DNA from: Mobula hypostoma
Taxonomy: Eukaryota
Assembly (NCBI RefSeq): GCF_963921235.1
Contig: NC_086124.1
Coordinates: forward strand, 27,714,001 to 27,778,000
Direction: 5' to 3'
DNA length: 64,000 bases
Part shown: piece after piece, positions 49,731-62,689 of the stretch
Layout of the letters: the number at the start of each line of letters is the position of its first letter
Numbering within the stretch: the first letter of the stretch is position 1
Notes under the pieces: model-generated
What the model was told of the DNA's origin: nothing
Databases searched by the model: none
Seen by the model: the letters and a program-made list of their open reading frames with translations, nothing else
Program-made: the position numbers and the translations under genes

Positions 49731-51041
49731 AAAAAGATTATTGAGAACATGAGGTGTAGAGACCTTGAAAGTGAGTCCACAGCTTGTGGAACCATTTCAG
49801 TGCTGGTATCAGTGAAGCTATCCACGTTGATTCAGGAGCCTGATGGTTGAGGGGTAATATCTGTTCCTGAACCTGGTGGTGTGGGATCTGAGGCTCCTGC
49901 GCCTCCTGCCCAATGGCAGCAGCGAGAAGAGAGCACGGCCTGGATAGTGGGGTCCTTGATGATGGATGCTGCTGTCTTGTGGTAGCTCTCCTTGTAGACG
50001 TGCTCGATTGTGGTAATGGCCTGTTCCTGTGAGGTATAACTCTGTAACCTGATCTTCAACCTGACCTATTTTTGGAGGCCTGGCAGAACTAAACCACTCC
50101 CAGGCAGTGCTGGTTTTGCTAGTTCTACTGGCATTGAGACGCCTTTCTGAGCTGGGACTTGCCACCCGGATGTTGGCAACCACAGTTAAGCTGGATCACA
50201 AGCCTCCATCTGGGGCCGTGTGTGACCCTGTACAAAAATACCTCGTCAACTCTACCTAACTCAGTACCTCACAGGCAAACTCCTCTCCACCACTGGGAAT
50301 ATCTAGAGAAACCACTGCCTCAAAGAGGCAACATCCGAGGATCAACTTGAGGCACCATATACGTTGATATGGATAGGAATTTGCTGTGGTGGTTGGTCAG
50401 GGTGTGTCATGCAACAGAAAACAAGAATGATATCCAATAAAGAATTATATAAAATATAAATTTCAAGGTTAAAGCACAGATTTGGTATATGATGTGCATA
50501 AATACAGAAATAGCAGCATGTAAACATGTTTATAAAAAGTGGTTTAAAGTGTTTACAGTGCACTAATGGAGGTAATAGATAGAAGGGGTAGGGGAGGTCA
50601 CTAGAATGGCTGATCAGATTAACTGCCTGGGGGAAGAAACTTTTAAAATGGCATTAAGTTTTTGTTTTAATAGCCCTCTAGTGCTTAAGGCACTAGTGGT
50701 TAAGGCTTTCGACTAGCGATCTGAAGGTCGTGAGTTCGATCCCCAGCTGAGGGAACGCGTTGTGTCCTTGAGCAAGGCACTTAACCACACATTGCTCTGC
50801 AACGACACTGGTGCCAAGCTGTAAGGGTCCTAATGCCCTTCCCTTGGACAACATCTGTGTCGTGGAGAGGGGAGACTTGCAGCATGGGCAACTGCTGGTC
50901 TTCCATACAACCTTGCCCAGGCCTGCGCCCTGGAGAGTGAAGACTTTCCAGATGCAGATCCATGGTCTCGCAAGACTAACGGATGCCTTTACTTAGTGCT
51001 TTCCAGAAGGGAGTTTTCTGAAAAGGCAGTTTGCTGGGTGG

Positions 51042-51879
51042 TGTTACGTACCCCGTAACTGGGTTGCCAAACCAGCAGAAATGGACCACTTAGTTGGAAT
51101 CTGGATTACTGGAACTAAGAGAGTTTTATTAAAGAAATAAGTAACACAGTACTCTAATCATAAGGATATAAATGCAACAGGTTAGCAATGATAAAACACA
51201 CATGTACATAGAACTAGGATAATAGGATCAATCAAGCTCTATCGCAGTCTAGGGGTAAAATGATCAGTCTCAAGTGACGCAGAGTTCAGTTCAGCTGAGT
51301 ACAGTTTGCAGTAATGGCTGTTGTGCCATTGCAGAGAGAGAGAGAGCGAGTGAATGCAAATTTCGAGTCACAGACCTTTGATGTTCCTCGCAGTTAGCTT
51401 TCGGCGCGAGCCCTTTTTAATGTCTTCTGAGGTCACCGGCTGTGACCCCTCCGTTTCGGATATGTTTGTCCTTCCGCGGTGAACCCGGCACCCAGGCAAG
51501 GGCGGACACACACATCAGGTTCCCGCCGATCGTACCTTTTCACCCTTTGCGTCTATGGTCGGTCCTGCGACCAGACCTCCAAAACTTCCACCAACTTGTG
51601 GGGGCACACCGCACTTCCAGGGTCTCGTTATCTTGTGGTGTCTCGTGGTGTCTGCCTTGCCTTAGTGAACCTGTTCCTTTTATCCCCCTGCTGGGGTATC
51701 GCCTGTCCATCAAACTTCAAACAGCTCAGGTTCAAAGCAACCGGTCTGACAATACTCGGAACTGTGCCTCTTTTCGTTAATCTCTCTGCTCTCTCATTAA
51801 CATTTTGAACGTTTCTCTATTTGTCTCTCTTATCTCTCTCATCAGCATCAATCTTCTGATAACTTGGTCTTTCGTCACA
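51042..51879 (-). mobile_element. Solo LTR (same family as 2542-3400)
   Basis: TGTTACG...CGTCACA termini and 4-bp TSD GTGG (51038-51041, 51880-51883). Confidence 0.85.
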
Positions 51880-53821
51880 GTGGGTAGTGGCCGTAATGAT
51901 TTTTCCTGCCCACTACTTTGTCCAGGACACATACAAGTCCGGCAGTGATAGTAGACTGCAGTCTATAACCTTTTTTTGCAGACCTGACAATTCACTCTCT
52001 CCATTGTCAAATATCCCCACCATCCGGGCCATGCCATTTTCTGGCTGCTACCGTGGACAGGAGATTTGGAATCAGATTCAGTCTGATTTATGGATCGCAT
52101 GTAGATCAAAAGAAGTTACGGTCCTGACTGAACAGTGGCCAAGTTTCGGTGCTCCAAGTCCCCGGAGTATAGTTGGCTGCCACTGTCCCTGACTCAGACT
52201 GCCAATTATTGCCTGCCACATTTCTGTACAGCCTTGTGCTGAGCACTCTGTGCTCAACCATAGGAGTTCCATTTCTGTGCTTTCGCCTTTGGAGTTTGTT
52301 TGTGTCGTCTTGGTTATTTCGAGTCTGTGTCTAAGTCTGAGTCTATGTGTATTCTAGACAGCGCTCTGCACCTGTGTTCACCACCGTTCATTGCTCTCTT
52401 GTTATAGCAACATACAGTGAAGCTCGCCATTTGCATTAACAAACAACACAACCTAAAGATGTGCCGGGGGGGGGGGGCGCGCAGCCTGCAAGTGTCGCCA
52501 CAGATCCTGGCACCAACATCGCGTGGTCTCGATGTTCAGCAGAACAACACAAGCAATGACGATGACAGCGACGCAAAGCCCTGTCCTCTCTTCCACCCAC
52601 CCACACAGACAGGCCTCCAATCCCAGGACAGGACGCCTCTGGTGCATTCGCTAACATCAGGCCTCCGACTTCCAGACCTGCCAACCCAGGGCGTCAAACA
52701 TCAGAACGAGACTTTGGGACTCGATGACTTCGGTCTTTGACCTATGAGCTCCCATTCTGTGGTATTCACCTTCACGGGACCCCAAACTCCAGGCCTTGAA
52801 CCCTGGACTTGTACGAGCCTCCGACTGATAGAAGTGAGTGGGAGGGTATAGAAGTTTGAAGTCCCATGTCACCTGGTTCAGGAACAGCACCTTCACTTCA
52901 AACACGTGTTCTCAAACCTGCCGACAAAATCCCAATCTCAAGAATTGAATGAACTCTCTCCATTTTGCACTAAAATACACTTTGTTTTGTTCTTATTCTG
53001 TTCTCTCTTGTAAAAATAGTGTGCGATTTACGTTTTTCTTGTAAATGCTGATTATATGACATTATTTCTTCATTATCTTTCATTTCCTGAGTGTGCATGT
53101 GTACTTGTGCAGATGACACCTGTGCATACACAGTTATACTTCATTGTAGATAGTTCACGATTATTTGCACTATTGTTTTGTTTGCTTTTTGATTCTGTAC
53201 AGTGAGAGCTCAGGGAAACCGACATCAAATTTCCTGTATGTGTCCACAGACTTGTCGACAATAGAGGATTCTGATTCAGATGACAGTAAACTGGAATCTG
53301 ATGTCCCTTTGAGTGCAGATCCAACCTTTCCTCATATATCAAAGTTCAAAGTTAATTTAGTTATCAAAGTATGTATATGTCACCATATGCTTCCCTGAGA
53401 TTCATTTTCTTGTGGGCATTCACAGTAGGACAGAGAAATACATTAGAATCAATGAAAAACTACATACAAAGACTGACAAACAACCAATCTGCAAAAGAAG
53501 ACCGACTGTGCAAATACATACAAAAAGCAAATAATAATACATACATAGAAAACCTACAGCACAATACAGGCCCTTTGGCCCACAATGCTGTGACAAACAT
53601 GTACTTACTTTAGGTATTACCTAGGGTTAGCCCTCAATTTTTCTAAGCTCCATATACCTCCAGAAGCCTCTTAAAAGACCCTATTGTATCTGCCTCCTCC
53701 ACCGTCGCCGGCAGCCCATTCACGCACTCACCACTCGCTGCGTAAAAAACTTACCCTTGACATCTCCTCTGTACCTAATTCCAAGCACCTTAAAACTGTT
53801 CCCTCTCGTGCTAGCTGTAAT

Positions 53822-54365
53822 ACAGGTTGAGTACCTCTCATCCGAAATTCCAGTATCTGAAACCTCTGAAATCCAGATTTTTTTGAGCGCTGACATGACG
53901 TCACAGATGGAAAATTCCACGAGGCGCAGGGAAGGTTCCCAGGCAAAGCGCAGGTCTCTGCACACCACAGACAGCTCTGAGGAGTGACCTCACATATGTG
54001 ATGATCAGAAGTTAATGAAAAATAGAAAACACTGCTTAAAGTGAAAAATGAAGATCTCAAATGTGTATTGAAAGAGTGGATTCGTCAGAGAAGTGACCAT
54101 ATGCTGATCATGAATTAAGCAAAAATCTATCACGACGAACTGAAGGTAATTGGGAATATTCAGCAGCTGCTCGCAGAAATTTAAGAAAAGGCGCAGCATT
54201 ACATTTTTAAAGATTTAAAGATAAAGTGTCTGCTGATCATGAAGCAGTAGAGAATTTCATTGATAGGTTTGCCAAGATCGCCACTGAGGAAAATCTAAAA
54301 CCAGAACAAGTCTACAATGCTGATTGTATTTACACCATCTATAAAACGTAAAATGCAGATACAGT
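53822..54365 (+). mobile_element. pogo/Tigger (Tc1-mariner) transposon remnant
   Basis: tacaggttgagta terminus. Decayed peptides LKVKNEDLKCVLKEWIRQR...AKIYHDELK...FKKR and SADHEAVENFIDRFAKIATEENLKPEQVYNAD (CENP-B HTH to DDE start). Confidence 0.75.
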
Positions 54366-56789
54366 GTACTGTAACCCTTTAATCAAAATACCGCATCGTA
54401 GGTAGAGACTGAAATCCTGCTTGTTCTTGTTCAACAGCTGATTGAGGTATTCTCCCAATGCTGCTTCAATAGGTTTCAAGAGTTACATTTAATGTCAGAG
54501 AAACGTATACAATATACATCCTGGAATTCTTTTTCTTTGCAAACATCCACGAAAGCAGAGGAGACCCCGAAGAATAAATGACAGTTAAATGTTACAACAC
54601 CAAAGCTCCCCCCAGCTTACCCCTCCCATGCACAAGCAGCAGCAAAGTGATGACTCCCCCCCGTCCTCCACCAGCAAAAGAAGCATCAGTACCCCCCACT
54701 GAGCACTCAATCATACAGCAAAGCATCAATAAAGACACAGACTTGCAGTACCCCAAAAATTACTCATTCACCTGGTATTCGACATACCACAGGCTCTCTC
54801 TCTCCGTAATAAGGGAAAAAGAGGTGTCCCTGTTCACAGCGAGAGGGGAGACATGACAAAGCCACTCGCTGATTTATGATATTGAAAGTCTGTTGCGTTG
54901 CTTTTTCCGAGCTCTGTGCTGAAAGATCTCAGGTCTCTGGGCACACAGCCTGCAGCTAGCTCGCTGCTTTTGATCTTCCAAGTACTCCCATGACGCATCA
55001 GGTAGCAGCACCGGCTTTTAATCCGCCCATCTCCGGAGCTACGAGAGCGGGTCCCATTCCTGCAAAGAACCAAAGTCAGCATGTAACTCCAGGTCAAGGT
55101 CTTCAAAAGAACCTTGAAAGGGAAAAAAAGATATATCAAATTTAGAAACAGAGCTGTTTCTTCTGTTACCCTTCACACATTATACCTTCATTATATTAAT
55201 ATAATGAAGTAATATTAACAGTAATAATTTTCACTGTTGTTCATACGTGTGATGAACAAGTAGAAAACAAAGGCTTAATTACCAGTAGCACAGAAATTCA
55301 AGATCGGAAATGATGGTGACCCCCAAAGCTATCTCATTATATATATTCCAGAATCTGAAGCAATCCAACACCTGAAACGCTTCCGGGGGCCCAAGCATTT
55401 CGAATAAGGGATGCTCAACCTGTAATAAATAAATAGATAAATAAGCACATAAATAGACAACCAAACAAATAATACTGAGAACAGGAGTCCTTGAATGAGA
55501 GTCCATAGGTTGTGGATCCAGTTCAGTGTTGAGGTGAGTAAAGCTATCCACACTGGTTCAGGAGGCTGTCGATTGAAAGGTAATAACTGTTCCTGAACCT
55601 GGTGGTGTTTGGTCCTAAGGCTCCCGAACTTCATTCCCAATGGTAGCAGTTTCATCCCCAAAACTAACTACTGAGCCGTCTTTGCAAGCATATTCTTCCT
55701 GAAATGCAGAGATTAGAACTGTACACAGTGCAACACATGCAAAATGGTGGAGGAACTCGGCAAGTTAGTCAGAATCTATCGTGGAAGCAGGCAGCAGGGG
55801 ATCATGGGTTTGCGCCTCTGGTGGACTGTATCCTCTTCAGGGCGGGAAGATTTGAAGATCTGGCTGTGGCCCGTGCAGCAGGTTCTCCCTCTCCACGTCA
55901 CTGATGTAGTCCAAGGGAAGGGCAAGTACTGATACAGCTTGTCACCAGTGTCGTCGCAGAGGTTGCCAGAGTGAAGTTGTAAACACCATCAAACTGCCTT
56001 TGGGAACTCCGGCTCCAGATCTTTTCCTCGGGGTTTACTCCTGAAGCTATTCCCATGGGCGGGTATGGCCGCAAGGCAGCGAAGGTTTCAAATCAGAGTT
56101 TTCCTTCTCCCAGACGGGCTGCCGTCCAAGGCTAACGAGCCCCGCCTGCCCGAGTCAGAACCCATAGGGGAGGATAAAGAGTCGATGTTTCAGACCCAGA
56201 CACTTCATCAGGACTGGACAGGAATGTGGGGAGTCGGGGGAGGGGGGTTGTTATTTGCAGAATCCAGAATAAGAAGGTAAGTGGAGCGGGAGGAGTACAA
56301 GCTGGAAGGTGATAGGTGAGACTAGGTGACGGGGGTGAAGTAAGAAGCTGGGGAGGTGATAAAGGGCTGAACAAGACGGAATCTGATAGGGGAGGATCAT
56401 GGGAGAAAGGGAAGGAGGAGGGGCACCAGGGTAGGTGATGGGTAGGTAAGGAGAAGAGGTAAGAGGGGAACCAGATTGAGGAATGGAAAAAGGGAACTGA
56501 ATTGAATTGACTTTATTTCTTACATACTTCACACACATGAGGAGTAAAAATCTTTACGTTACATCTCCATCTAAGTGTGCAATGTGCAATCATAGTAATT
56601 TATAATAATTTATAATAAATAGATGTAATATAGAGTACACTCAGATAAGCGTGAGTTCATCAGCTCATGGTATGGTGGAAGAAGAGCGGAGGATGGGGGG
56701 AAGAAATGACTGAAAGTTAGAGAAATCGATGTTCAAGCTCCCAGTTTAAATTTAGTAAGACACAATGATGGTTACTTGAAACAAGCTGT

Positions 56790-57275
56790 CATGGATGGTG
56801 ATGGGGGTGAGGGGTGCCATGGGTGGTGATTGGGGTGTGGGGTACCAAGGATGGTGATGGGGTGAAGGGTACCATGGGTGGTGATGGGGGTGAGGACTGC
56901 CATGAGTGGTGATGGGTGTGAGGGTTTCAGTCGGTGGTGATGGGGCTGAGGGTTGCCATGGGTGGTGATGGGGGTGAGGGGTGCCATGGGTGGTGATTGG
57001 GGAGTGGGGTACCAAGGATGGTGATGGGGTGAAGGGTACCATGGGTGGTGTTGGGGGTGAGGGATGCCATGGGTGGTGATGGGGGTGAGCATTTCCATGG
57101 ATGGTGATGGGGGTGAGATGTTCTATGGATGGTGATGAGGTGAAGGGTACCATGGGTGGTGATGGGGGTGAGGACTGCCATGAGTGGTGATGGGTGTGAG
57201 GGCTGCCATGGGTTGTGATGGGGGTGAGGGGTGCCAAAGTTGGTGATGGAGTGAGTGGTGCCATGGGTGGTGATG
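56790..57275. repeat. ~28-bp G-rich minisatellite (CCATGGGTGGTGATGGGGGTGAGGGGTG)
   Basis: Degenerate tandem units read directly. Confidence 0.85.
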
Positions 57276-57814
57276 GAGAGCACTAATGAGGCATTTAAAC
57301 GAGGAGCCTGAATTGGAAATGGGAAAACAGGGGGTGGGGGTGGAATTACCAGAAGTTAGAGAAATTGCTGCTCATGCCACCAGGTTGGAAGCTACCCAAA
57401 TGGAAAATGGGGTATTGCTCCTCTAATCTGAGGGTTTCTCATCATGGCAGTAGTGGAGGCTGTGGGCAGACATGCCGGAATGGGAATGGGAAGTCGGAAT
57501 GAAATGGGTGATGGGAAATCCTATCTCCCAGTGACAATCCATTTCAATTCGACTTTGTAATGTCACTGTTTATTCCCCTCCATAGATGTGGCCTGAGCTG
57601 CTGAGATCCACCAACATTTTTCCATGTGTTGAACTGGATTTCGAGCTTCTGCAGAACCTCTTGTGTTTGTGCTGTACTCAGTAATCCACGTGCCCTTTAA
57701 AACTTTCATCCATACATCCCCAATTTCATAGCCCAATAAGGACCAGCATTCCAATAGACTTTGCAATTATTTGCCGTACCTGTAAATAACTTTTTAAAAA
57801 GTCTCACACACTGC

Positions 57815-58350
57815 ACTCAGTATCTATTTTATTAGGCATGTCTCTACACCGGCTTGTTAATGGTAATATCTAATCAGCCAATCGTGTGGCAGCAACACAA
57901 TGCATAAAAGCATGGTGACATGGTCAAGAGGATTAGTTGTTCAGACCGAACATCAGAATGGGGGAATAAATGTGATCTGTGACTTTGACCGTGGAATAAT
58001 TGTTGGTGCCAGATGGGATGGTTTGAATATCTCAGAAACTGCTGATCTCCTGGGATTTTCACGCACAGCAGTCTCTGTTTTACCGAGGTTGGTGTGGAAA
58101 TCAAAACAAGATGAAAACATAAACCCAGTGAGATTTAGTTCTGTGGGCAAAAATGAGAAAGGTCAGAGGAGAGTGGCAAGACTGATTCAAGCTGACAGTA
58201 ACTCAACTGTTTTGTGCAGAGGTATATCTCTGAATACACAACACATTGAACCTTAAACTGGATGGGCTACAGCAGCAGAAGATCATGGACATACACTCAG
58301 TGGCCACTTTACTAGGTACAGGAGGTAACTAATAGTGTGGCCACTGAGTA
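57815..58350. mobile_element. Tc1-derived non-autonomous element (copy of 39262-39795)
   Basis: ICDFDRGIIVGARWDGLNISETADLLGFSRTAVS peptide and the same terminal motif. Confidence 0.7.
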
Positions 58351-58554
58351 TATTTATCCACCTTCTACAAAACATTGGTTAGACCACAGTTGGAATTTTG
58401 TGTTCAGTTCTGGTCGCCTCATTATAGGAAGGATGTGAAAGATTCAGAGAGGGTGCAGAGGAGATTTACCAGGATGCTGCCTTGCCTAGGTAGATTGGGC
58501 GAGCTAGGACGTTTTGGAGTTAAGGAGGATGAGAGGTGACTTGATAGACACAAA

Positions 58555-59835
58555 ATAATCTGCAGATGCTGGGGTCAAAGCAACACTCACAACACGCTGG
58601 AGGAACTCAGCAGGTCGGGCAGCATCCGTGGAAACGATCAGTCGACGTTTCGGGACAGAACCCTTCGTCAGGACTGTAGGGGGAAGGGGCAGAGGCCCTA
58701 TAAAGAAGGTTGGGGGAGGGTGGGCAGGAGAGGTCTGGTAGGTTCCAGGTGAAAAACCAGTAAGGGGAAAGATAAAGGGGTGGGGGAAGGGAGGCAGGGA
58801 GGTGATAGGCAGGAAAGGTGAAGAAAGAATAGGGGAAAACACAAAGGGTAGTAGAAGGAGGCGGAACCATGAGGGAGGTGATAGGCAGCTGGGGGAGGGG
58901 GCAGAGTGACATAGGGATAGAGGAAGGAAGGGGGAGGGAATTACCGGAAGTTGGAGAATTCTATGTTCATACCAAGGGGCTGGAGACTACCTAGACGGTA
59001 TATGAGGTGTTGCTCCTCCAACCTGAGTTTAGCCTCAACATGGCAGTAGAGGAGCCCATGTATGGACATATCTGAATGGGAGTGGGAAGCAGAGTTGAAG
59101 TGGGTGGCTACTGGGAGATCCTGCCTGTTGTGGCGGACGGAGCGGAGGTGCCCGACAAAGCGGTCCCTCAATCTGCGTTGGGTTTCACTGATGTAGAGGA
59201 GGCCGCACCGGGAGCACCGGATGCAATAGATGACCCCAACAGACTCACAAGTGAAGTGTTGCCTCACCTGGAAGGACTGTTTGGGGCCCTGAATGGTGGC
59301 AAGAGAGGAGGTGTAGGGACAGGTGTAGCATTTGTGCTTACAGGGATAAGTGCCGGGTGGGAGATCCGTGGGGAGGGATGTGTGGACCAGGGAGTCGCGG
59401 AGGGACCCATCCCTGCAGAAGGCGGAGAGGGGTGGAGAGGGAAAGATGTGCTTAGTGGTGGGGTCCTGTTGAAGGTGGCGGAAGTTGCGGAGGATCATGT
59501 GTTGGATCCGGAGGCTAGTGGGGTGGTAGGTGAGGACAAGGGGAACTCTGTCCCTGTTGTGGTGGCGGGAGGATGGGGTGAGGGCCGAAGTGCGGGAAAT
59601 GGAGGAGATGCGGGTGAGAGCATCATTGATGATGGCAGAAGGGAATCCACGATCCTTAAAGAAAGAGGACATTTGAGATGTCCTGGAATAGAAAGCCTCA
59701 TCCTCGGGGCAGATGCAGCGGAGACGGAGGAACTGGGAATAGGGAATGGCATTTTTGCATGTGGCGGGGTGGGAAGAGGTATAGTTGAGATAGTTATGAG
59801 AGTCGGTGGGCTTGTAGAAGATGTCAGTGGACAGT
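58555..59835 (-). mobile_element. Penelope-like element 3' part: RT thumb, GIY-YIG endonuclease and 3' repeat
   Basis: LSTDIFYKPTDSHNYLNYTSSHP..CKNAIPYSQFLRLRCIC...GTYPCKHKCYTC...FTCESVGVIYCIRCSRCGLLYISETQRRLRDRFVGH...LEEQHLIYRLGSLQPLGMN, an uninterrupted frame ending at 58941. Confidence 0.92.
58639..58676 (-). ncRNA. Minimal type I hammerhead ribozyme motif in the Penelope 3' repeat
   Basis: The - strand reads cagtc-CTGACGA-a-ggg(ttctgt)ccc-GAAA-cGTC-gactg, in the same sense as the Penelope ORF. Confidence 0.78.
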
Positions 59836-60239
59836 CTGTCGAGAGGTGTGCAATGTGATAAGACAGGCTGGAGTTTTCTCCCTAATACAAGGGGGCAAAA
59901 TTTTAAAAGTGATTGGAAGAAAGTATTCTTTACACAGAGTATGATGTGTGTATGGAACACCCTGCCAGGGGTGGTGAGAGAGGCAGATACATTTGGGGCA
60001 TTTAAGAAACTCTTAGACAGGCACATGGATGATTGGAAAAATGGAGGGCTCTGTAGGAGGGAAGGGTTAGATTGATCTTGGAGTTGGTTCAATGGCCAGC
60101 ACAATCGAGCGGGCTGAAGGACCTGTACTGTTCTTTGATCGATCCTAGGCCACCTGCCAAGTTCCTGTCCACACAGTTAACCTGTCATCGGCACGGCGTG
60201 TGGCTGAAGGGGAACAATGGACGAATTCACAACACAGAA

Positions 60240-60600
60240 CGCGGAGTTTTTAATATTTGCTTGTCGGTGTGTTTGTGTGGTGTCTCTCGCACTCAGTTGA
60301 AAGGCAGTTAGTGCGGAGTTCACGGCCGTACAGTGGATCCACAAATCAGAACTGGTTTTTTTATATATAAGGAAGTGGGTTTACATTTCAACCTTGTTCG
60401 CTGGAGACGGGGAGGCGGTGGGGACTTTCTGTAGCTTCACGGAAGCTTCACAGCGGAACGTGAACCAGGGACACGATTAGCTACAAACGTGGTGATAACT
60501 GATGGGCGTTAAAATAAGATCGCAGGGGAAGCAACTGATTAATGACGTGCCTGTAATTTCGCAAGGGGATGAAATTGCAAGCAGGGAATTACAGGGGAGA
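60240..60600 (-). promoter_or_regulatory. Candidate TATA promoter
   Basis: Unique CpG-containing segment. Palindromic TTATATATAA at 60361-60370, GGAAGT at 60371, GC-box-like at 60409-60424, kB-like GGGACTTTCT at 60421-60430 and TGACGT at 60543-60548. Motif inspection only. Confidence 0.35.
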
Positions 60601-60694
60601 ACAGCCAAGGAAAACAGAGAGAGCTTCTTAGAGATGAAGGCCATTGAGTTCAGAAGAATCTATGAAGGCTCTCTCCGCTCCATCCACACCGTCC

Positions 60695-61385
60695 CGACAG
60701 GCGCTCCCGGGGTCAGACACAGAGTGAAGCTCCCTCCGCACCATCCCATCACACACTCCCGGAGTCAGACACAGAGCGAAACTCCCTCCGCACCAACCCA
60801 TCACACACTCCCGGGGTCAGACACAGAGTGAAACTCCCTCCGCACCATCCCATCACACACTCCCGGGGTCAGACACAGAGCGAAACTCCCTCCGCACCAA
60901 CCCATCACACACTCCCGGGGTCAGACACAGAGCGAAACTCCCTCCGCACCAACCCATCACACACTCCCGGGGTCAGACACAGAGTGAAGCTCCCTCCGCA
61001 CCATTCCATCACACACTCCCGGGGTCAGACACAGAGTGAAGCTCCCTCCGCACCGTCCCATCACACACTCCCGGGGTCAGACACAGAGTGAAACTCCCTC
61101 CGCACCATCCCATCACACACTCCCGGGGTCAGACCCGGTGAAGCTCCCTCCACACCGACCCAACACACACTCCCGGGGTCAGACACAGAGTGAAACTCCC
61201 TCCACACCGTCCCATCGCATACACCGGGGTCAGACACAGAGTGAAGCTCCCTCCACACTGTTCTATCACACACTCCCAGGGTCAGACACAGAGTGAAGCT
61301 TCCTTCACACCGTCCCATCACACACTCCCGGGGTCAGACACAGAGTGAAGCCCCCTCCACACCGTCCCATCACACACTCCCGGGG
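60695..61385 (-). repeat. 52-bp satellite array (third, inverted orientation)
   Basis: About 13 units, reverse complement of the 20330-20960 consensus. Confidence 0.95.
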
Positions 61386-62689
61386 CCAGTACAAAGACAT
61401 CAATCCTATATCCTTCCATAAGGCATAGGAGCAGAAATAGGCCATTCAGCCCATCAAGTCTGCTCTGCCATTCTATCATGGCTGATTAATTATCCTTCTC
61501 AGCCCCATTCTCCTGCCTTCTCCCTCTAAACTCTGAAACTCATACTAATGAAGAACCTACCAACCTCCACTTTAAATACACCCAATGACTTGGCCTCCGC
61601 AGCCGTATGTGGCAGTGAATTCCACAGATTCACCTCCCTGAAGAAATTCCTCCTCATCTCTGTTTAAAGGGACATCCTCGTATTCTGAGGCTGTCCCCTC
61701 TGGTCCTAGTCTCCCCCATTATACAAAGAAACATAGAAAACCTGCAGCACAATACAGGCGCTCAGCCCACAAAGCTGTGCTGAACCTAAGGTTCATTATA
61801 GGAAATATTCTCTCCACATCCACTCTATCGAGGCCTTTCATTATTCAATAGGTTTCAATTCAATGTTTCCACTGTGTACTTTCACTCATATGCCCATCAC
61901 ATTCCATCACCACAACCCAACTTTCCTTGGGTACTGAGCAATTCAGTAACCAATTCAAATAGTATGGTGATTAGTTATTAGGTAATACTATTAAAACAGT
62001 TATGGAAGGGTATAAGCAGTCAAGACTTTGGGACAAGAGGGTCTTAGTCCATGTGGTTGACTGTTTATTTCCCTACACAAATGATGCCGAACTTGCTGAG
62101 TTCCTGCAGCATTTTGCGTGTTGTCCTGGATTTCCAGCATCTGCAGGATCTAATTATGAGGAATTTTGCAGATGCTGGAAATCCAAAGCAACACGTACAA
62201 GTCCTGAAGCAGCATCGATTGAGGGGATGAATGAACTAGTCCTGGTGATGAGACCCGGCCTGAAACTAAGACTGTTTCTTCATTTTCAGAGGTGCTGCCT
62301 GACCTGTTGAGTTCCTGCAGCATTTTGTGTGTGTTACTCCCGCAGAATCTTTTGTGTTTACAATCTCAGCTGGTGAAAGTCCCATTCGTATTTCTGACTA
62401 ACAAACATCAAGCGATGTGAAGCATCTGGGCGTAACGGTTACAGTGTCAGTGATCCGAAGATTGGGGTTCAATTCCCGTCACAGTCTGTATGGAGTTCTC
62501 CCCGTGTGTCTCTTCCCATTTCCTTCCATGTTCCAAAGATGTACAAGGTAGGGTTAGTGAGTTATGGGGATGGTATATCGGTGCCAGAATCACAGTGACG
62601 CTTGAGGGCTTCCCTGTGTACAATCCTCACTTATTTGATTCCATGCAAAAACGATGTATTTCTCTGTATGTTTCAATATACACTGATAT

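Noticed and set aside
56752-57283. Pro/His/Thr-rich ORFs
   Set aside because: Translations of the ~28-bp minisatellite.
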